This document shows positions 17,721-26,556 of a stretch of DNA of 49,744 bases, piece by piece; within the stretch, counting starts at the first letter, position 1; every line of letters starts with the position of its first letter. Source of the stretch: a virus (lineage: Duplodnaviria > Caudoviricetes). The DNA lies in IMG/VR virus record IMGVR_UViG_3300032212_000019, positions 1 through 49,744 of that record; one strand, given 5' to 3'. The notes beneath the pieces are model-generated. The model was not told the DNA's origin. It was given only the letters and a program-made list of their open reading frames with translations, and did no database searches. The translations under genes were made by a program, and so were the position numbers.

Positions 17721-17903
17721 ATGGTACTAACAAAAGAAGATATAGGAAAACAGTTCAAGGTGATAGATAATACATGCTGCCATGACTTTTACATCGGTGA
17801 AATTGTAGCCTTTAAGGGTTTCGATGGCGATGGACACGCGATGTTTAATAACTCAGAAGATTTCTGGTGGTTAGATGAAGACTATGAAGTGGAGAGAGTA
17901 TAA
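17721..17903 (+). CDS. Small SH3-like hypothetical protein
   Basis: AGGAG RBS; 'IGK.FKV......H.F.IG.IV'. Confidence 0.65.
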   Translation: MVLTKEDIGKQFKVIDNTCCHDFYIGEIVAFKGFDGDGHAMFNNSEDFWWLDEDYEVERV

Positions 17904-18061
17904 TGACTACTTTCACGAAACACGAGCTATTTATGAACCAAGCACCGTCATTTAACTTTGAGCTGGATGCAGACGAGTTACTGGCTAAGGCTCTCGAGCT
18001 TGGCTTTGTAACACCAGTCGATGGTGAAGATGACCTATACGTTATGAATGAGGATTATTGA
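17903..18061 (+). CDS. 52-aa acidic protein (not in ORF track)
   Basis: MTTFTKHELFMNQAPSFNFELDADELL...; TAATG coupling. Confidence 0.65.
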   Translation: MTTFTKHELFMNQAPSFNFELDADELLAKALELGFVTPVDGEDDLYVMNEDY

Positions 18062-18062
18062 G

Positions 18063-18458
18063 ATGAAAATTAAACACGAACAGCCATTCATCCTCTTTAG
18101 CTCGGATGTATCAGGGCACAATACCTTAGCTGATATTATAAATGTATCGTCTATTGTATCTGACCTACAGAGAAAAGAGATACTATTCAAACAGTTACTG
18201 GGTAAGTGGCGCGGTAATCTTGAGGGTGCATTCCTTGTCAATGCCTCTCATCGTGATGAAGTACTTGAACTGGCTGATAAGTATAACCAGACCCACGTAC
18301 TTTATGTGGATGACAGGCGTTCAGCGTATCTTATTACTGTGGCCGATGGTAGGCAAGAGTTTATTGGTACGTTTACAAGGGTTGACAAGGACTTTGCTTT
18401 GTGCCAAGATACCTATACATATGACCCACAGCATGACCAATATTGGTGTGTTAAATAA
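18063..18458 (+). CDS. S-adenosylmethionine lyase (T3 SAMase-like)
   Basis: 'ILFSS', 'G.W.G..E.AFLV', 'LA.KYNQ..VL', 'G.F..V', 'YTYD....W.V' follow the T3 SAMase motif order and size; early region. Confidence 0.65.
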   Translation: MKIKHEQPFILFSSDVSGHNTLADIINVSSIVSDLQRKEILFKQLLGKWRGNLEGAFLVNASHRDEVLELADKYNQTHVLYVDDRRSAYLITVADGRQEFIGTFTRVDKDFALCQDTYTYDPQHDQYWCVK

Positions 18459-18460
18459 AT

Positions 18461-18477
18461 TTATACCGGAGGTATAA
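18461..18477. repeat. 17-bp palindrome copy containing the RBS
   Basis: TTATACC-GGA-GGTATAA (contains GGAGGT), 2 nt before ATG 18480. Confidence 0.85.
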
Positions 18478-18479
18478 CT

Positions 18480-18680
18480 ATGAACACGCAAGACAAGGCT
18501 ATTAAAGATTATAAGGACAAGATAAAGAACCCCATGACAGCGATACGGGCATTCTGTGTCTCTTGTATGGGTGGGTATGTAGGTGAGGTTGGAAGCTGTA
18601 CGGCTAAGGACTGCGCCCTGTACCCGTTCAGGATGGGTAAGAACCCCCATCACACTAGAAAACCTAAACCAGGGCAATAA
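18480..18680 (+). CDS. Conserved zinc-binding phage protein
   Basis: 'AIRAFC..CMG.......C....CALYPFR'. Confidence 0.75.
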   Translation: MNTQDKAIKDYKDKIKNPMTAIRAFCVSCMGGYVGEVGSCTAKDCALYPFRMGKNPHHTRKPKPGQ

Positions 18681-18705
18681 TATGCCTTATTAAGGAGGAT
18701 TTATC

Positions 18706-18870
18706 ATGGCTATGTACTACTGTAAACAATGCGGGACATTGACAGATGATGACTATGACCCAATGAATGAAGATGAGTTATGTACTGACTGTGCATGTGA
18801 AACATATGACTTATCTTATGATGAACAGAAACATGACTACTTGGAGGGACTTGGCCTTGATAGAGACTAA
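18706..18870 (+). CDS. 54-aa zinc-ribbon protein (not in ORF track)
   Basis: MAMYYCKQC...CTDC...DYLEGLGLD; AAGGAGG RBS. Confidence 0.7.
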   Translation: MAMYYCKQCGTLTDDDYDPMNEDELCTDCACETYDLSYDEQKHDYLEGLGLDRD

Positions 18871-19030
18871 ACCAACCCTGACCCACTACGTGGATACTGT
18901 GCTGGCTTATATCGCTGGTATAACATTAATTGGCCTGATGATATGGGCTACCGTATACAGTGAGCACTTTGACAATACATTCCTTGTGGGTGGATTACCA
19001 AGTGAAGCTGTACAAGTTGATTGTGAATAG
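18767..19030 (+). CDS. Small membrane protein (true start likely downstream)
   Basis: One hydrophobic segment VLAYIAGITLIGLMIWATV. Confidence 0.5.
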   Translation: MKMSYVLTVHVKHMTYLMMNRNMTTWRDLALIETKPTLTHYVDTVLAYIAGITLIGLMIWATVYSEHFDNTFLVGGLPSEAVQVDCE

Positions 19031-19039
19031 GAGAAAGCT

Positions 19040-19447
19040 ATGAGCCTAGTCGAAGATAAACCTAAAACCTCTTGGCGTGTATATGAGGGGAAACATTACA
19101 GTATTGAGGTTGTGTGTTGGGTGAAGTGGGTTGACCGTGACAAGAATGAACCTGTATATGGTTGGAATGTGTACCTTTATATCATGTCAGAGCATAACCT
19201 ATATGATAAAGATTCATTCTTAAAAGACCAATTGCCTTGGCATTGTGGGTGTACATATGACTCGAAGGTTATTGAGCAACCATTTGAGTTGAAGTATGAT
19301 TTTCAAAGGGTAACTGAGTATAAGAAGATAGGCTCAGATTATAGCCACCTGTATGACGATGCTTATGAAACATTTAGTCCTAGTGATGGTATACCTGCTA
19401 GTATTCACTGTGACGTATTGGAGTTAATTAAAACATTAGAGGATTAA
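19040..19447 (+). CDS. Conserved phage protein
   Basis: 'WHCGCTY', 'IGSDY.H..D' motif; AGGAG RBS. Confidence 0.75.
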   Translation: MSLVEDKPKTSWRVYEGKHYSIEVVCWVKWVDRDKNEPVYGWNVYLYIMSEHNLYDKDSFLKDQLPWHCGCTYDSKVIEQPFELKYDFQRVTEYKKIGSDYSHLYDDAYETFSPSDGIPASIHCDVLELIKTLED

Positions 19448-19451
19448 AGCT

Positions 19452-19817
19452 ATGAAACCACAAACTATATTTAACCGAGCAGTAAGGCACTTGAATAAAC
19501 AGGGTAGTAGATGCCTCAATGACAACGGGGCGTGTGCTTATCGAGGTAACGAGGGTGCTATGTGTGCTGTAGGGGCGTTAATACCTGACTCGCTGTACGA
19601 GGAGACTATGGACGAGAGTGGTGGTAAAACCGTTACAACGGTGATGAAGGAGTACCCTGCTGTGGTTAGGTATTTGGGTGCAGATAATATCGACCTCTTA
19701 AGGCACTTACAGTCAATACATGATTCTGTATCAGTTGAGAGGTGGCGCATGAAGCTCCTCGCCCTTGCGGCAGAGATGGGACTCAAAACCACAGTAATGA
19801 AGGAGTGGACACTATGA
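19452..19817 (+). CDS. Conserved phage protein
   Basis: 'HL.KQG', 'C.YR...G..CAVG.LI', 'LQ.IHD'. Confidence 0.75.
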   Translation: MKPQTIFNRAVRHLNKQGSRCLNDNGACAYRGNEGAMCAVGALIPDSLYEETMDESGGKTVTTVMKEYPAVVRYLGADNIDLLRHLQSIHDSVSVERWRMKLLALAAEMGLKTTVMKEWTL

Positions 19818-20092
19818 ATACACTAGATAAAATTAAGGTAATGCGGGCGTATGTTGATGGAGCTGATGTTCAATACAAGCGCATCGATGGTACTTGGGAC
19901 AAGGCATCTACACCCTGTTGGAATTGGAGGGATAGAGAATACCGCATCAAGTCTAAGCCAGTCAAGCAATGGGTTAATGTTTATGAGGGGGGTGCGCTTG
20001 GTGCTAACTACGACACCAAAGAAGATGCTGAACAGGCTGCTAATGGTGAACAACTTAGAACTATACTCATGCGTGAGGTTGAGGGTGAGTAA
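19814..20092 (+). CDS. Conserved phage protein
   Basis: MNTL start overlapping the upstream stop; 'G..VQ.....W....P.WNW...YRIK'. Confidence 0.7.
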   Translation: MNTLDKIKVMRAYVDGADVQYKRIDGTWDKASTPCWNWRDREYRIKSKPVKQWVNVYEGGALGANYDTKEDAEQAANGEQLRTILMREVEGE

Positions 20093-20252
20093 GTATACTG
20101 ATGAAGAACTAAGTGTTATGGCTAAGAGGTTCCTAGGTGACTTGGGTAGTCTAGAAACTGAGTTTATACTTCATGTGCTCTGTCAATCCTGTGGATATAC
20201 AAAGCAAGCAGCCATTAATAAAATTAGACGGATGGTTATACCGGAGGTATAA
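20085..20252 (+). CDS. Small helical protein
   Basis: GTG start (MSKYTDEEL); stop codon lies inside a palindrome copy. Confidence 0.55.
   Translation: MSKYTDEELSVMAKRFLGDLGSLETEFILHVLCQSCGYTKQAAINKIRRMVIPEV
20236..20252. repeat. 17-bp palindrome copy containing the RBS
   Basis: TTATACC-GGA-GGTATAA, 1 nt before ATG 20254. Confidence 0.85.
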
Positions 20253-20253
20253 G

Positions 20254-20448
20254 ATGGAAGGTAAGAAACTTATCGTAATAGATGGGCTACCGTACACTGT
20301 ACCCTACTATTATAGTTGGATTGGCTCAGATGTATTCATTATCTTCGATGAAACACTACGTTCACGAAACGAAGACCTTGTACTTACAGCTGAGCAGACA
20401 GCTTTTGTAACATCTGAAATAGCAAAGGAGTTAAGAAATGAGATGTAA
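20254..20448 (+). CDS. Hypothetical protein
   Basis: MEGKK start after GGAGGT. Confidence 0.65.
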   Translation: MEGKKLIVIDGLPYTVPYYYSWIGSDVFIIFDETLRSRNEDLVLTAEQTAFVTSEIAKELRNEM

Positions 20449-20620
20449 ATTATGTGATACACCTCTACTACCTCACGAGGTTGTATGGGATGAGGAACGT
20501 GGAGAACACGAGGAGTTCTGTAAGGTATGCCAGAAGGTTGAGCTGCAAGATGATACAACTGATTACCTTGAGTCACTTGGTATAGATGTAGGTGACAGCG
20601 GGATTGTCGATTACGATTAG
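20438..20620 (+). CDS. Zinc-ribbon protein
   Basis: MRCKLCD...CKVC...DYLESLGID; AAGGAG RBS. Confidence 0.7.
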   Translation: MRCKLCDTPLLPHEVVWDEERGEHEEFCKVCQKVELQDDTTDYLESLGIDVGDSGIVDYD

Positions 20621-20625
20621 CTGGG

Positions 20626-20654
20626 TTGACGGATACCTAAATCCGTGCTATAAT
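20626..20654 (+). promoter_or_regulatory. sigma70 promoter
   Basis: TTGACG-17-TATAAT with TG extended -10. Confidence 0.8.
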
Positions 20655-20705
20655 ATTAAGTATAGTTTAGGTAATATTTATTAGTTATTAACAGGAGAGA
20701 TAGAA

Positions 20706-21017
20706 ATGACAAGTTTAAGAAAAGAACACCAAGTTGGAGATGTGTTTGAGGTTGTTAACACAGTAGTATTCTGTAATAAGATTTGTATTGGTGATATAGC
20801 TGTTATGACAGACAATAATTGGTTTGAGCTGATAACTGGCGAGTATGCGGGGCATGGACAGATTGATAGTACGTACCAATCTGTTAAACGTATCTACCCA
20901 CCGCTACCAGAAGAACCAGCGGAACCAGTAGAGACTATTACTCTCATGGGCAAAGAGTATGACAAAGCCGAGATTGAACAGGCATTGGCTGATGTATTAC
21001 CAATGGAGGATAAGTAG
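20706..21017 (+). CDS. Hypothetical protein
   Basis: AGGAG RBS; C-terminal 'I...GK.Y...E...AL'. Confidence 0.7.
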   Translation: MTSLRKEHQVGDVFEVVNTVVFCNKICIGDIAVMTDNNWFELITGEYAGHGQIDSTYQSVKRIYPPLPEEPAEPVETITLMGKEYDKAEIEQALADVLPMEDK

Positions 21018-21281
21018 ATGGAAGAATGTAAAGACAATTGTACAGAGAAAGCAAAGCCTGACTACAGTAAGTTTAAGGCAGGTAAGACATTTAGGTTTAA
21101 TAGACATGGTTCTTCATACGATGGTCGTGTGTACATTGTTGTCGAAACTAAACCTTTAGGGCTAGAGCATAAAGTTCTGGCATCACTTCATAAGGGTGAG
21201 CTATGGTCGGACGATACAGTCTGCTCGCCAGAGTATATTGACAAATTTACTGAAATTAACTGTTGCTTTAAAGAAGTATGA
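21018..21281 (+). CDS. Hypothetical protein
   Basis: GGAGG RBS; overlaps the primase start. Confidence 0.65.
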   Translation: MEECKDNCTEKAKPDYSKFKAGKTFRFNRHGSSYDGRVYIVVETKPLGLEHKVLASLHKGELWSDDTVCSPEYIDKFTEINCCFKEV

Positions 21282-22906
21282 GTAAAATAGTAGGAGATGA
21301 ACCTTGCCCTTCATGTAGAGCGAAGGGTGGGGATGCTACGGGTAACCACCTCATGCGCTTTGAAGATGGGGGTGGTTATTGTAATCGATGTGGCTACACT
21401 GAGAAATCAGGAGAGCCTACTTTCACGGAGAAGGCTACAGATACTATGGCAGAGTTCAACGAAGTAAAGGCACTCCCTATCATGGCCTTGAAGGACAGGG
21501 GTATTGATAAGGATGTATGTGAGCACTACGGTATTCACACAGAGTTTAATACAGAGACTGGTAAGCCAAGTGCGTATTACTACCCATTCACCGTAGGTGG
21601 GACGGTTAAGGCATATAAGAAACGTACCTTACCAAAGACATTCACTAGCGTAGGAGAGAGCTTAAAGGGACAGACACTACAGTTCATAGGCCAAGCGTAT
21701 TGTGGTACAAATAAGAAATTACTAATAACCGAAGGCCAAGACGATATGTTAGCTGCCTTCCAGATGTTATGGAGGTCTTACCCTAAGTTAAAACCAAGTG
21801 TAGTGAGCCTACCCAACGGGGCTAATGTAAAAGCATTCACTGATAACAAACAGTTCTTAGAGCAATTCTCAGAGATAATATTCTGTGGGGATGATGATGA
21901 AGCAGGTAAGAAGGTAGCGAAGGATATTGCTAACTTATACCCAGATATAAAGTTCATGGCTTTATCCGAGAAAGATGCTAATGAGATGTTACTCAAAGGT
22001 AAGGCCAAGGAGTTTATCAATGCTTTCTTTAAGGCTGAGACTCATATCCCTGACAGTCTAATTACTGTTGATGATGTATACGATGAAGCTATTGAGATGC
22101 CTACTTGGGGTAGACTATGGCCTTGGCCTAAGCTAAATGAATATACTTATGGCAGACATAATGGCCAAGGTATCTACGTAGGGGCAGCTGTTAAGGCTGG
22201 TAAGACAGCTTGGAAAGACCAAATGGCTGAGCACATAATCGTAGCCGAGGGGTCTAAGGTATTCACCTGTTCATTTGAACAGTCAGGTGCTAACCTTGTT
22301 AAGGCTGTAGCAGGTAAGCTGGCTCATAAGCAATTCCATAAGCCAGATGGTGACTTTACTCAGGAGGAATTAACTGAGGCTGTAAACCAAGTAAGAGGTA
22401 AGATACTAATGTTCGATGCCTCTTACGCTGACATATCAGCTGGCAATATGTGGGATAGACTTAAGCCAGCTATAAGACATGCTGTTGTAGTGGAGGGCGT
22501 TAAGGATGTGATGATTGACCCTATTACTCAGCTGACAGATGGCATGACACCAAGTGAGACAGAGACAGAACTAAGACGGTTTAGTAATGAGTTGGCTGGT
22601 ATGGCCAAGGAGCTAGACTTCTTCTACTATTGTTTCTGTCACCTTAAGGCACCACTGCAAGGTAAGACACATGAGGAGGGTGGTAAGGTTAAGGTAGCAC
22701 AGTTCCGTGGCTCTCGGGCTATGGCTGAGAAGACTAAGCTGATGCTAGGCATTGGTCGTGACCAGTACGCAGAGGACGAGATTGAACGTAACACATCTCA
22801 TCATCACCTATTACTTAATAGTGGGTTTGGTAAGACAGGCACGTTTGATGTATTTTATGATGATAACACGGGGACGTACTTAGAGCCTCCGAAGGAGTTT
22901 GAGTGA
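21278..22906 (+). CDS. T7 gp4-like DNA primase-helicase
   Basis: N-terminal CxxC/CxxC zinc finger, TOPRIM 'ITEGQDD', 'DDDEAG', 'KDANE'; helicase 'AAVKAGKT', 'IDPI', 'HL', 'FRGS'. Confidence 0.92.
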   Translation: MSKIVGDEPCPSCRAKGGDATGNHLMRFEDGGGYCNRCGYTEKSGEPTFTEKATDTMAEFNEVKALPIMALKDRGIDKDVCEHYGIHTEFNTETGKPSAYYYPFTVGGTVKAYKKRTLPKTFTSVGESLKGQTLQFIGQAYCGTNKKLLITEGQDDMLAAFQMLWRSYPKLKPSVVSLPNGANVKAFTDNKQFLEQFSEIIFCGDDDEAGKKVAKDIANLYPDIKFMALSEKDANEMLLKGKAKEFINAFFKAETHIPDSLITVDDVYDEAIEMPTWGRLWPWPKLNEYTYGRHNGQGIYVGAAVKAGKTAWKDQMAEHIIVAEGSKVFTCSFEQSGANLVKAVAGKLAHKQFHKPDGDFTQEELTEAVNQVRGKILMFDASYADISAGNMWDRLKPAIRHAVVVEGVKDVMIDPITQLTDGMTPSETETELRRFSNELAGMAKELDFFYYCFCHLKAPLQGKTHEEGGKVKVAQFRGSRAMAEKTKLMLGIGRDQYAEDEIERNTSHHHLLLNSGFGKTGTFDVFYDDNTGTYLEPPKEFE

Positions 22907-23181
22907 TGAGGACTATTATACACGTTAACCAGCACCACATTAAGCACAATAGGAAATACCCAGATAAGGCCAAACCAGTATTGACCGTCAAGGTTGGCAA
23001 GGATAATTTCTACTGTAATGAGGTTGAGTTTGGGGATGGGTCTAGGGTTGTCTACCGTCCTGATAACCCGCTACCTTGCGGGGCTCATGTCTGGATTGAA
23101 GTGGCAGATGATATTAGGCAGGGGGCTACCTTCCCCGATGGGTATATGACGTATACTGAGACTAAGGGGGTTAAGGGGTGA
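22903..23181 (+). CDS. Conserved phage protein
   Basis: 'IIHVNQH.I..N', 'Y.PD.PL.CGA.VWIE'. Confidence 0.75.
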   Translation: MMRTIIHVNQHHIKHNRKYPDKAKPVLTVKVGKDNFYCNEVEFGDGSRVVYRPDNPLPCGAHVWIEVADDIRQGATFPDGYMTYTETKGVKG

Positions 23182-23696
23182 CTATCTACTTCTGTGACAT
23201 CGAGGGTAATGGCTTGCTAGTGGAGAAAGATGGTAACCCACCTATCTCTAAACTACACTGTATGTCTGTGAAGGCACTTGGCTGGGAACCAGTAACCTAT
23301 ACAGATATTGATACTCTACGTGGTTGGTTAGGGGTACTACGGGACAACACTACACTTGTACTACATAATGGTTTTGGGTACGACATGGATGCCCTAGTTA
23401 AACTTGGAGTTATATCTGGGTATAACTTGACTACCTTCACGCTTCCAGATGGTACCATAAAGAATGTACAGATTATAGATACACTAGCCCTTAGCAGGGA
23501 ATGGTGGCCAGATAATCCACGAGGGCATGGCTTAGAGGCTTGGGCTAAGTATCTTGGGACACACAAGCCAGAGATTGAGGACTGGCACAACCTACCAATT
23601 GAGGAGTACATTGACCGCTGTGAGAACGATGTTATAACAACTGAGAAAGTATTTGAGTTTCTTATTGATAAACTAGGAGTAACTTATGCCAGTTAA
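23178..23696 (+). CDS. DNA polymerase 3'-5' exonuclease subunit (split PolA)
   Basis: ExoI 'CDIEGNG', ExoII 'HNGFGYD', 'IDTL.LSR', ExoIII 'RCENDV'. Confidence 0.88.
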   Translation: MTIYFCDIEGNGLLVEKDGNPPISKLHCMSVKALGWEPVTYTDIDTLRGWLGVLRDNTTLVLHNGFGYDMDALVKLGVISGYNLTTFTLPDGTIKNVQIIDTLALSREWWPDNPRGHGLEAWAKYLGTHKPEIEDWHNLPIEEYIDRCENDVITTEKVFEFLIDKLGVTYAS

Positions 23697-23934
23697 GAAT
23701 ATTTGTTGTGAAGAAAAGAAGTGTACTAGTGATTGGCCTTATCCTTGCCTAATTAAGAACTGTATTACAGATAGGGTTTATCTCGTCTGGGATAAATATT
23801 TAGGTACAGTTGTCCAAGGCGATGGCATTGGAGAGGCTTCTAAGAAGACGGATAAGGCAAAGTCTTGGCATAGTGAACCCCATTGCTGGAAGATGTATGA
23901 AGGTACAGTTACCCTGTGCAATTCTAATAATTGA
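23686..23934 (+). CDS. Hypothetical protein
   Basis: AGGAG RBS; 'YP.L', 'GTVV', 'YEGTVTL.N'. Confidence 0.65.
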   Translation: MPVKNICCEEKKCTSDWPYPCLIKNCITDRVYLVWDKYLGTVVQGDGIGEASKKTDKAKSWHSEPHCWKMYEGTVTLCNSNN

Positions 23935-23945
23935 GGAGTAGAGGT

Positions 23946-24194
23946 ATGAGTGACTTTGCATGGGCTTTACAGATGATGCAGCAAGGCAAGAGTGTAAAAC
24001 GAAAAGGGTGGCAAGATGGTGTGTGTGCTTATTTTCATGACCCTAAAAAGAGTGAAAATCATCGGGGTAAGTACGCAAAGGAGTCCCTTAAAATGCCATA
24101 CCTAGCAACTTGCCACGTAGCCGCTTGTGAGTTAGCTGGAGTTAGGCTTGTGTCTGACTTCTTAGCCGTTGATTGGGAGTTAATGTATGAGTGA
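23946..24194 (+). CDS. Tad2/DUF2829-like protein (candidate anti-defence nucleotide sponge)
   Basis: 'F..AL..M..GK.V.RKGW', 'MPYL', 'SD.LA.DW' match the DUF2829 pattern. Confidence 0.65.
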   Translation: MSDFAWALQMMQQGKSVKRKGWQDGVCAYFHDPKKSENHRGKYAKESLKMPYLATCHVAACELAGVRLVSDFLAVDWELMYE

Positions 24195-24381
24195 TGATAT
24201 TGAAGTAGAATCTTTCAACACAACGGTTAGGGATTTTGAGGCCATCACAAGTATGCTTCATAATGCTGAGGTAGAGGGGTTACTAGTGGAAGTTGTATGG
24301 TCTTTCCACCAAGCAGCATCGGCTGGCGATAACATACCGCAAGCTACGGGCTTTGCTTTAAGTGAATGGGATATTATATGA
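24187..24381 (+). CDS. Small acidic protein
   Basis: 'GLLVEVVWSF', 'AL.EWDI'; coupled on both sides. Confidence 0.65.
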   Translation: MSDDIEVESFNTTVRDFEAITSMLHNAEVEGLLVEVVWSFHQAASAGDNIPQATGFALSEWDII

Positions 24382-25832
24382 TTAACCTTCCATTCAACGT
24401 AGAACTAGCCAACGCCACCTACTACCTCATGCAAAAGCAAGAGCGACAAGGTGTGTGCTTTGATGTAGAGGCCGCTAAGGAGCTCGTTAAGTACATTGAT
24501 AACCGTATGCAAGAGATTAAGGATGAGGTAGAACCTAAATTACCTCAACGTCCCTTGAATAAGGGAGAGCAAAGGGATTGGACACCACCTAAGATACAGT
24601 TTAAGAAGGATGGGACTCCCTCTGCTAATTGTCTTAAGTGGTTTGAATTGGTTATGTTGGACGACGAGGATAAGTGGGTTGGCCTTAAGAATAAAGGGTC
24701 TTATAGATTACCCCATAACGAGCCCATTATCAACTCACTACCAATGGAGCTTAAGCACCAACAGTACCTAAAGAATTGGTTTATGTCTCTTGGATGGAAA
24801 CCTACACTATGGAACTTCCAGAAGAAGAACGGTTCCTTTGTACGTGAGAATGGCCAGTTGGTTAAGACCTCCCCTAAGTTCCATGATAAGGGTCGTCTAT
24901 GCCCTAACTTAGAGTCACTTGGGGATAAGGTATCTCTATGTAAGCCAATTGTAGAGTGGCTGTCCTTACGTAACAGGCGTTCTGTACTACTCAATGAGGA
25001 GAAAGGCTCTGGCTGGCTATCTAACCCCAGGTTAGCTGTTGATGGTCGATTAGGAGCTGCCTCGAGTGGCCTGACTAATACTAAGAGGCAGAAGCACACT
25101 GTAGTAGCTAACGTACCTAGCTCTGATGCCTTACTTGGCCATGAGTTCCGTTCTTTATTCAGAGCCCGTAAGGGTATGACAATGGTAGGAGCTGATGCAA
25201 GTGGCCTAGAGGCACGTATTAAGGGTCACTATACGTTTAAGTATGATGGTGGTGAGTACGCACGTAAGTTACTTGACCCTGACTTTGATGAACACCAAGA
25301 GAATGCTGAGCTGTGGGGATGTGCCCGGAACGATGCTAAATCTCCCGGGTATGCACTTCAATATAACTGCCAGCCCCCTAAGTTTGCTGAGACACTTGGA
25401 GTATCCTTGGCTGAGGGTCTACCCCATTACGATGCGTACTGGAGACAGAACTGGGCTGTTAAGGATGCTATTACTGAGACTGAGCAAGAGTTTGAACGTA
25501 ACTTTAAGAAGTACATCACAACTATTGACGGGTCTAAGATTGTTACACGAGCTAAGCATTCTGTATTTAATGCTAAGTGTCAAAGTACAGGAGCAAAGTG
25601 TATGGACTTAGCTGGGTGGATAGCCGATGAGATGTTGACGGAGGCAGGTATTGAGGCTTACCGTACCATCTATTATCACGATGAGTTACAGTACGAGTGT
25701 TACCCAGATGATGCGGAACGGGTAGGGGAGATTCTCGTGGAGGCAATTAGAGAAGCTGGTAAACGGTTTAATCTAAACGTCCCATTGGATGGTGAATATA
25801 AGATTGGTAAGTCATGGGCAGATACCCATTGA
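24366..25832 (+). CDS. Family A DNA polymerase, polymerase subunit
   Basis: Motif A 'GADASGLEAR', motif B 'RNDAKSPGY' (Tyr at the 762-equivalent), motif C 'HDELQ', 'IGKSWADTH'. Confidence 0.92.
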   Translation: MGYYMINLPFNVELANATYYLMQKQERQGVCFDVEAAKELVKYIDNRMQEIKDEVEPKLPQRPLNKGEQRDWTPPKIQFKKDGTPSANCLKWFELVMLDDEDKWVGLKNKGSYRLPHNEPIINSLPMELKHQQYLKNWFMSLGWKPTLWNFQKKNGSFVRENGQLVKTSPKFHDKGRLCPNLESLGDKVSLCKPIVEWLSLRNRRSVLLNEEKGSGWLSNPRLAVDGRLGAASSGLTNTKRQKHTVVANVPSSDALLGHEFRSLFRARKGMTMVGADASGLEARIKGHYTFKYDGGEYARKLLDPDFDEHQENAELWGCARNDAKSPGYALQYNCQPPKFAETLGVSLAEGLPHYDAYWRQNWAVKDAITETEQEFERNFKKYITTIDGSKIVTRAKHSVFNAKCQSTGAKCMDLAGWIADEMLTEAGIEAYRTIYYHDELQYECYPDDAERVGEILVEAIREAGKRFNLNVPLDGEYKIGKSWADTH

Positions 25833-25857
25833 CACCAACTTATACCCATGGTATAAT
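25829..25857 (+). promoter_or_regulatory. Consensus sigma70 promoter overlapped by a palindrome copy
   Basis: TTGACA-17-TATAAT; TTATACC-CAT-GGTATAA at 25840-25856. Confidence 0.88.
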
Positions 25858-25877
25858 ATAAGTATAGCGAGGTTGAT

Positions 25878-26084
25878 ATGAATACATTATTAATATTGTT
25901 AGCATTAGCAGCACCTGTAAACCCAGAGGTTATACATACTGAACTACTTTCATGCGAAGGACTATCAGCGGGTGATGTAGTGTTGGTTGTGAATAACGGG
26001 CAACCGTATAAGGTGAAGATATTAGATGTACATGGGGATTGTCATGTTAATTTAGTGGTACTTGAGGTAATTGACAATGAGTGA
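25878..26084 (+). CDS. Small protein with signal-peptide-like N-terminus
   Basis: MNTLLILLALAAP; GAGGT RBS. Confidence 0.6.
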   Translation: MNTLLILLALAAPVNPEVIHTELLSCEGLSAGDVVLVVNNGQPYKVKILDVHGDCHVNLVVLEVIDNE

Positions 26085-26280
26085 ACAATTGAAGCCGTGT
26101 CCGTTTTGTGGAGGTGAGGCAACCATCTCAATAATGAGTTATGGAAATGTAGTTTTATGTGAAAATTACTCGCTCGCTCGATGCCCACAAAAAGTAGTTT
26201 ACGAAGATATGGGAGTAACCCCAGCAATCAAAGCATGGAACACCCGCACAAGCAACGATAAGGGAAAGCAAAATGACTGA
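26071..26280 (+). CDS. Lar-family restriction alleviation protein
   Basis: 'LKPCPFCGG', 'C......C', 'AI.AWN.R'. Confidence 0.8.
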   Translation: MTMSEQLKPCPFCGGEATISIMSYGNVVLCENYSLARCPQKVVYEDMGVTPAIKAWNTRTSNDKGKQND

Positions 26281-26515
26281 GGAAGAAGCTAAAACTAAAT
26301 GGTGTCCTATGGTGCGGGAGTCAATAAGCCCTGTTGATGACACAAGTATTAATAGGGATGTGGGAGACTGTCACTATAACTGCATCGCCAGTGATTGTGC
26401 GATGTGGGTTAAGGATCTCGACCTTATAAATCCTGAGTGTAGGGGCAATATATTAATTGAATGTCGGTATAAAGAATCTGACACCGAAGGTCACTGCGGC
26501 CTTATTAACAAATAA
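26273..26515 (+). CDS. Cys-rich conserved phage protein
   Basis: 'A..KWCP..R', 'CIAS.C..W', 'GHCGL'. Confidence 0.7.
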   Translation: MTEEEAKTKWCPMVRESISPVDDTSINRDVGDCHYNCIASDCAMWVKDLDLINPECRGNILIECRYKESDTEGHCGLINK

Positions 26516-26556
26516 AGGTAAGGGGTGATTAACCATCGAATATAGGAGATAGGTTA

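Noticed and set aside
23686-24381. Group I intron or intein interrupting the polymerase
   Set aside because: The insert consists of three normal coupled genes; no homing endonuclease or splice elements seen
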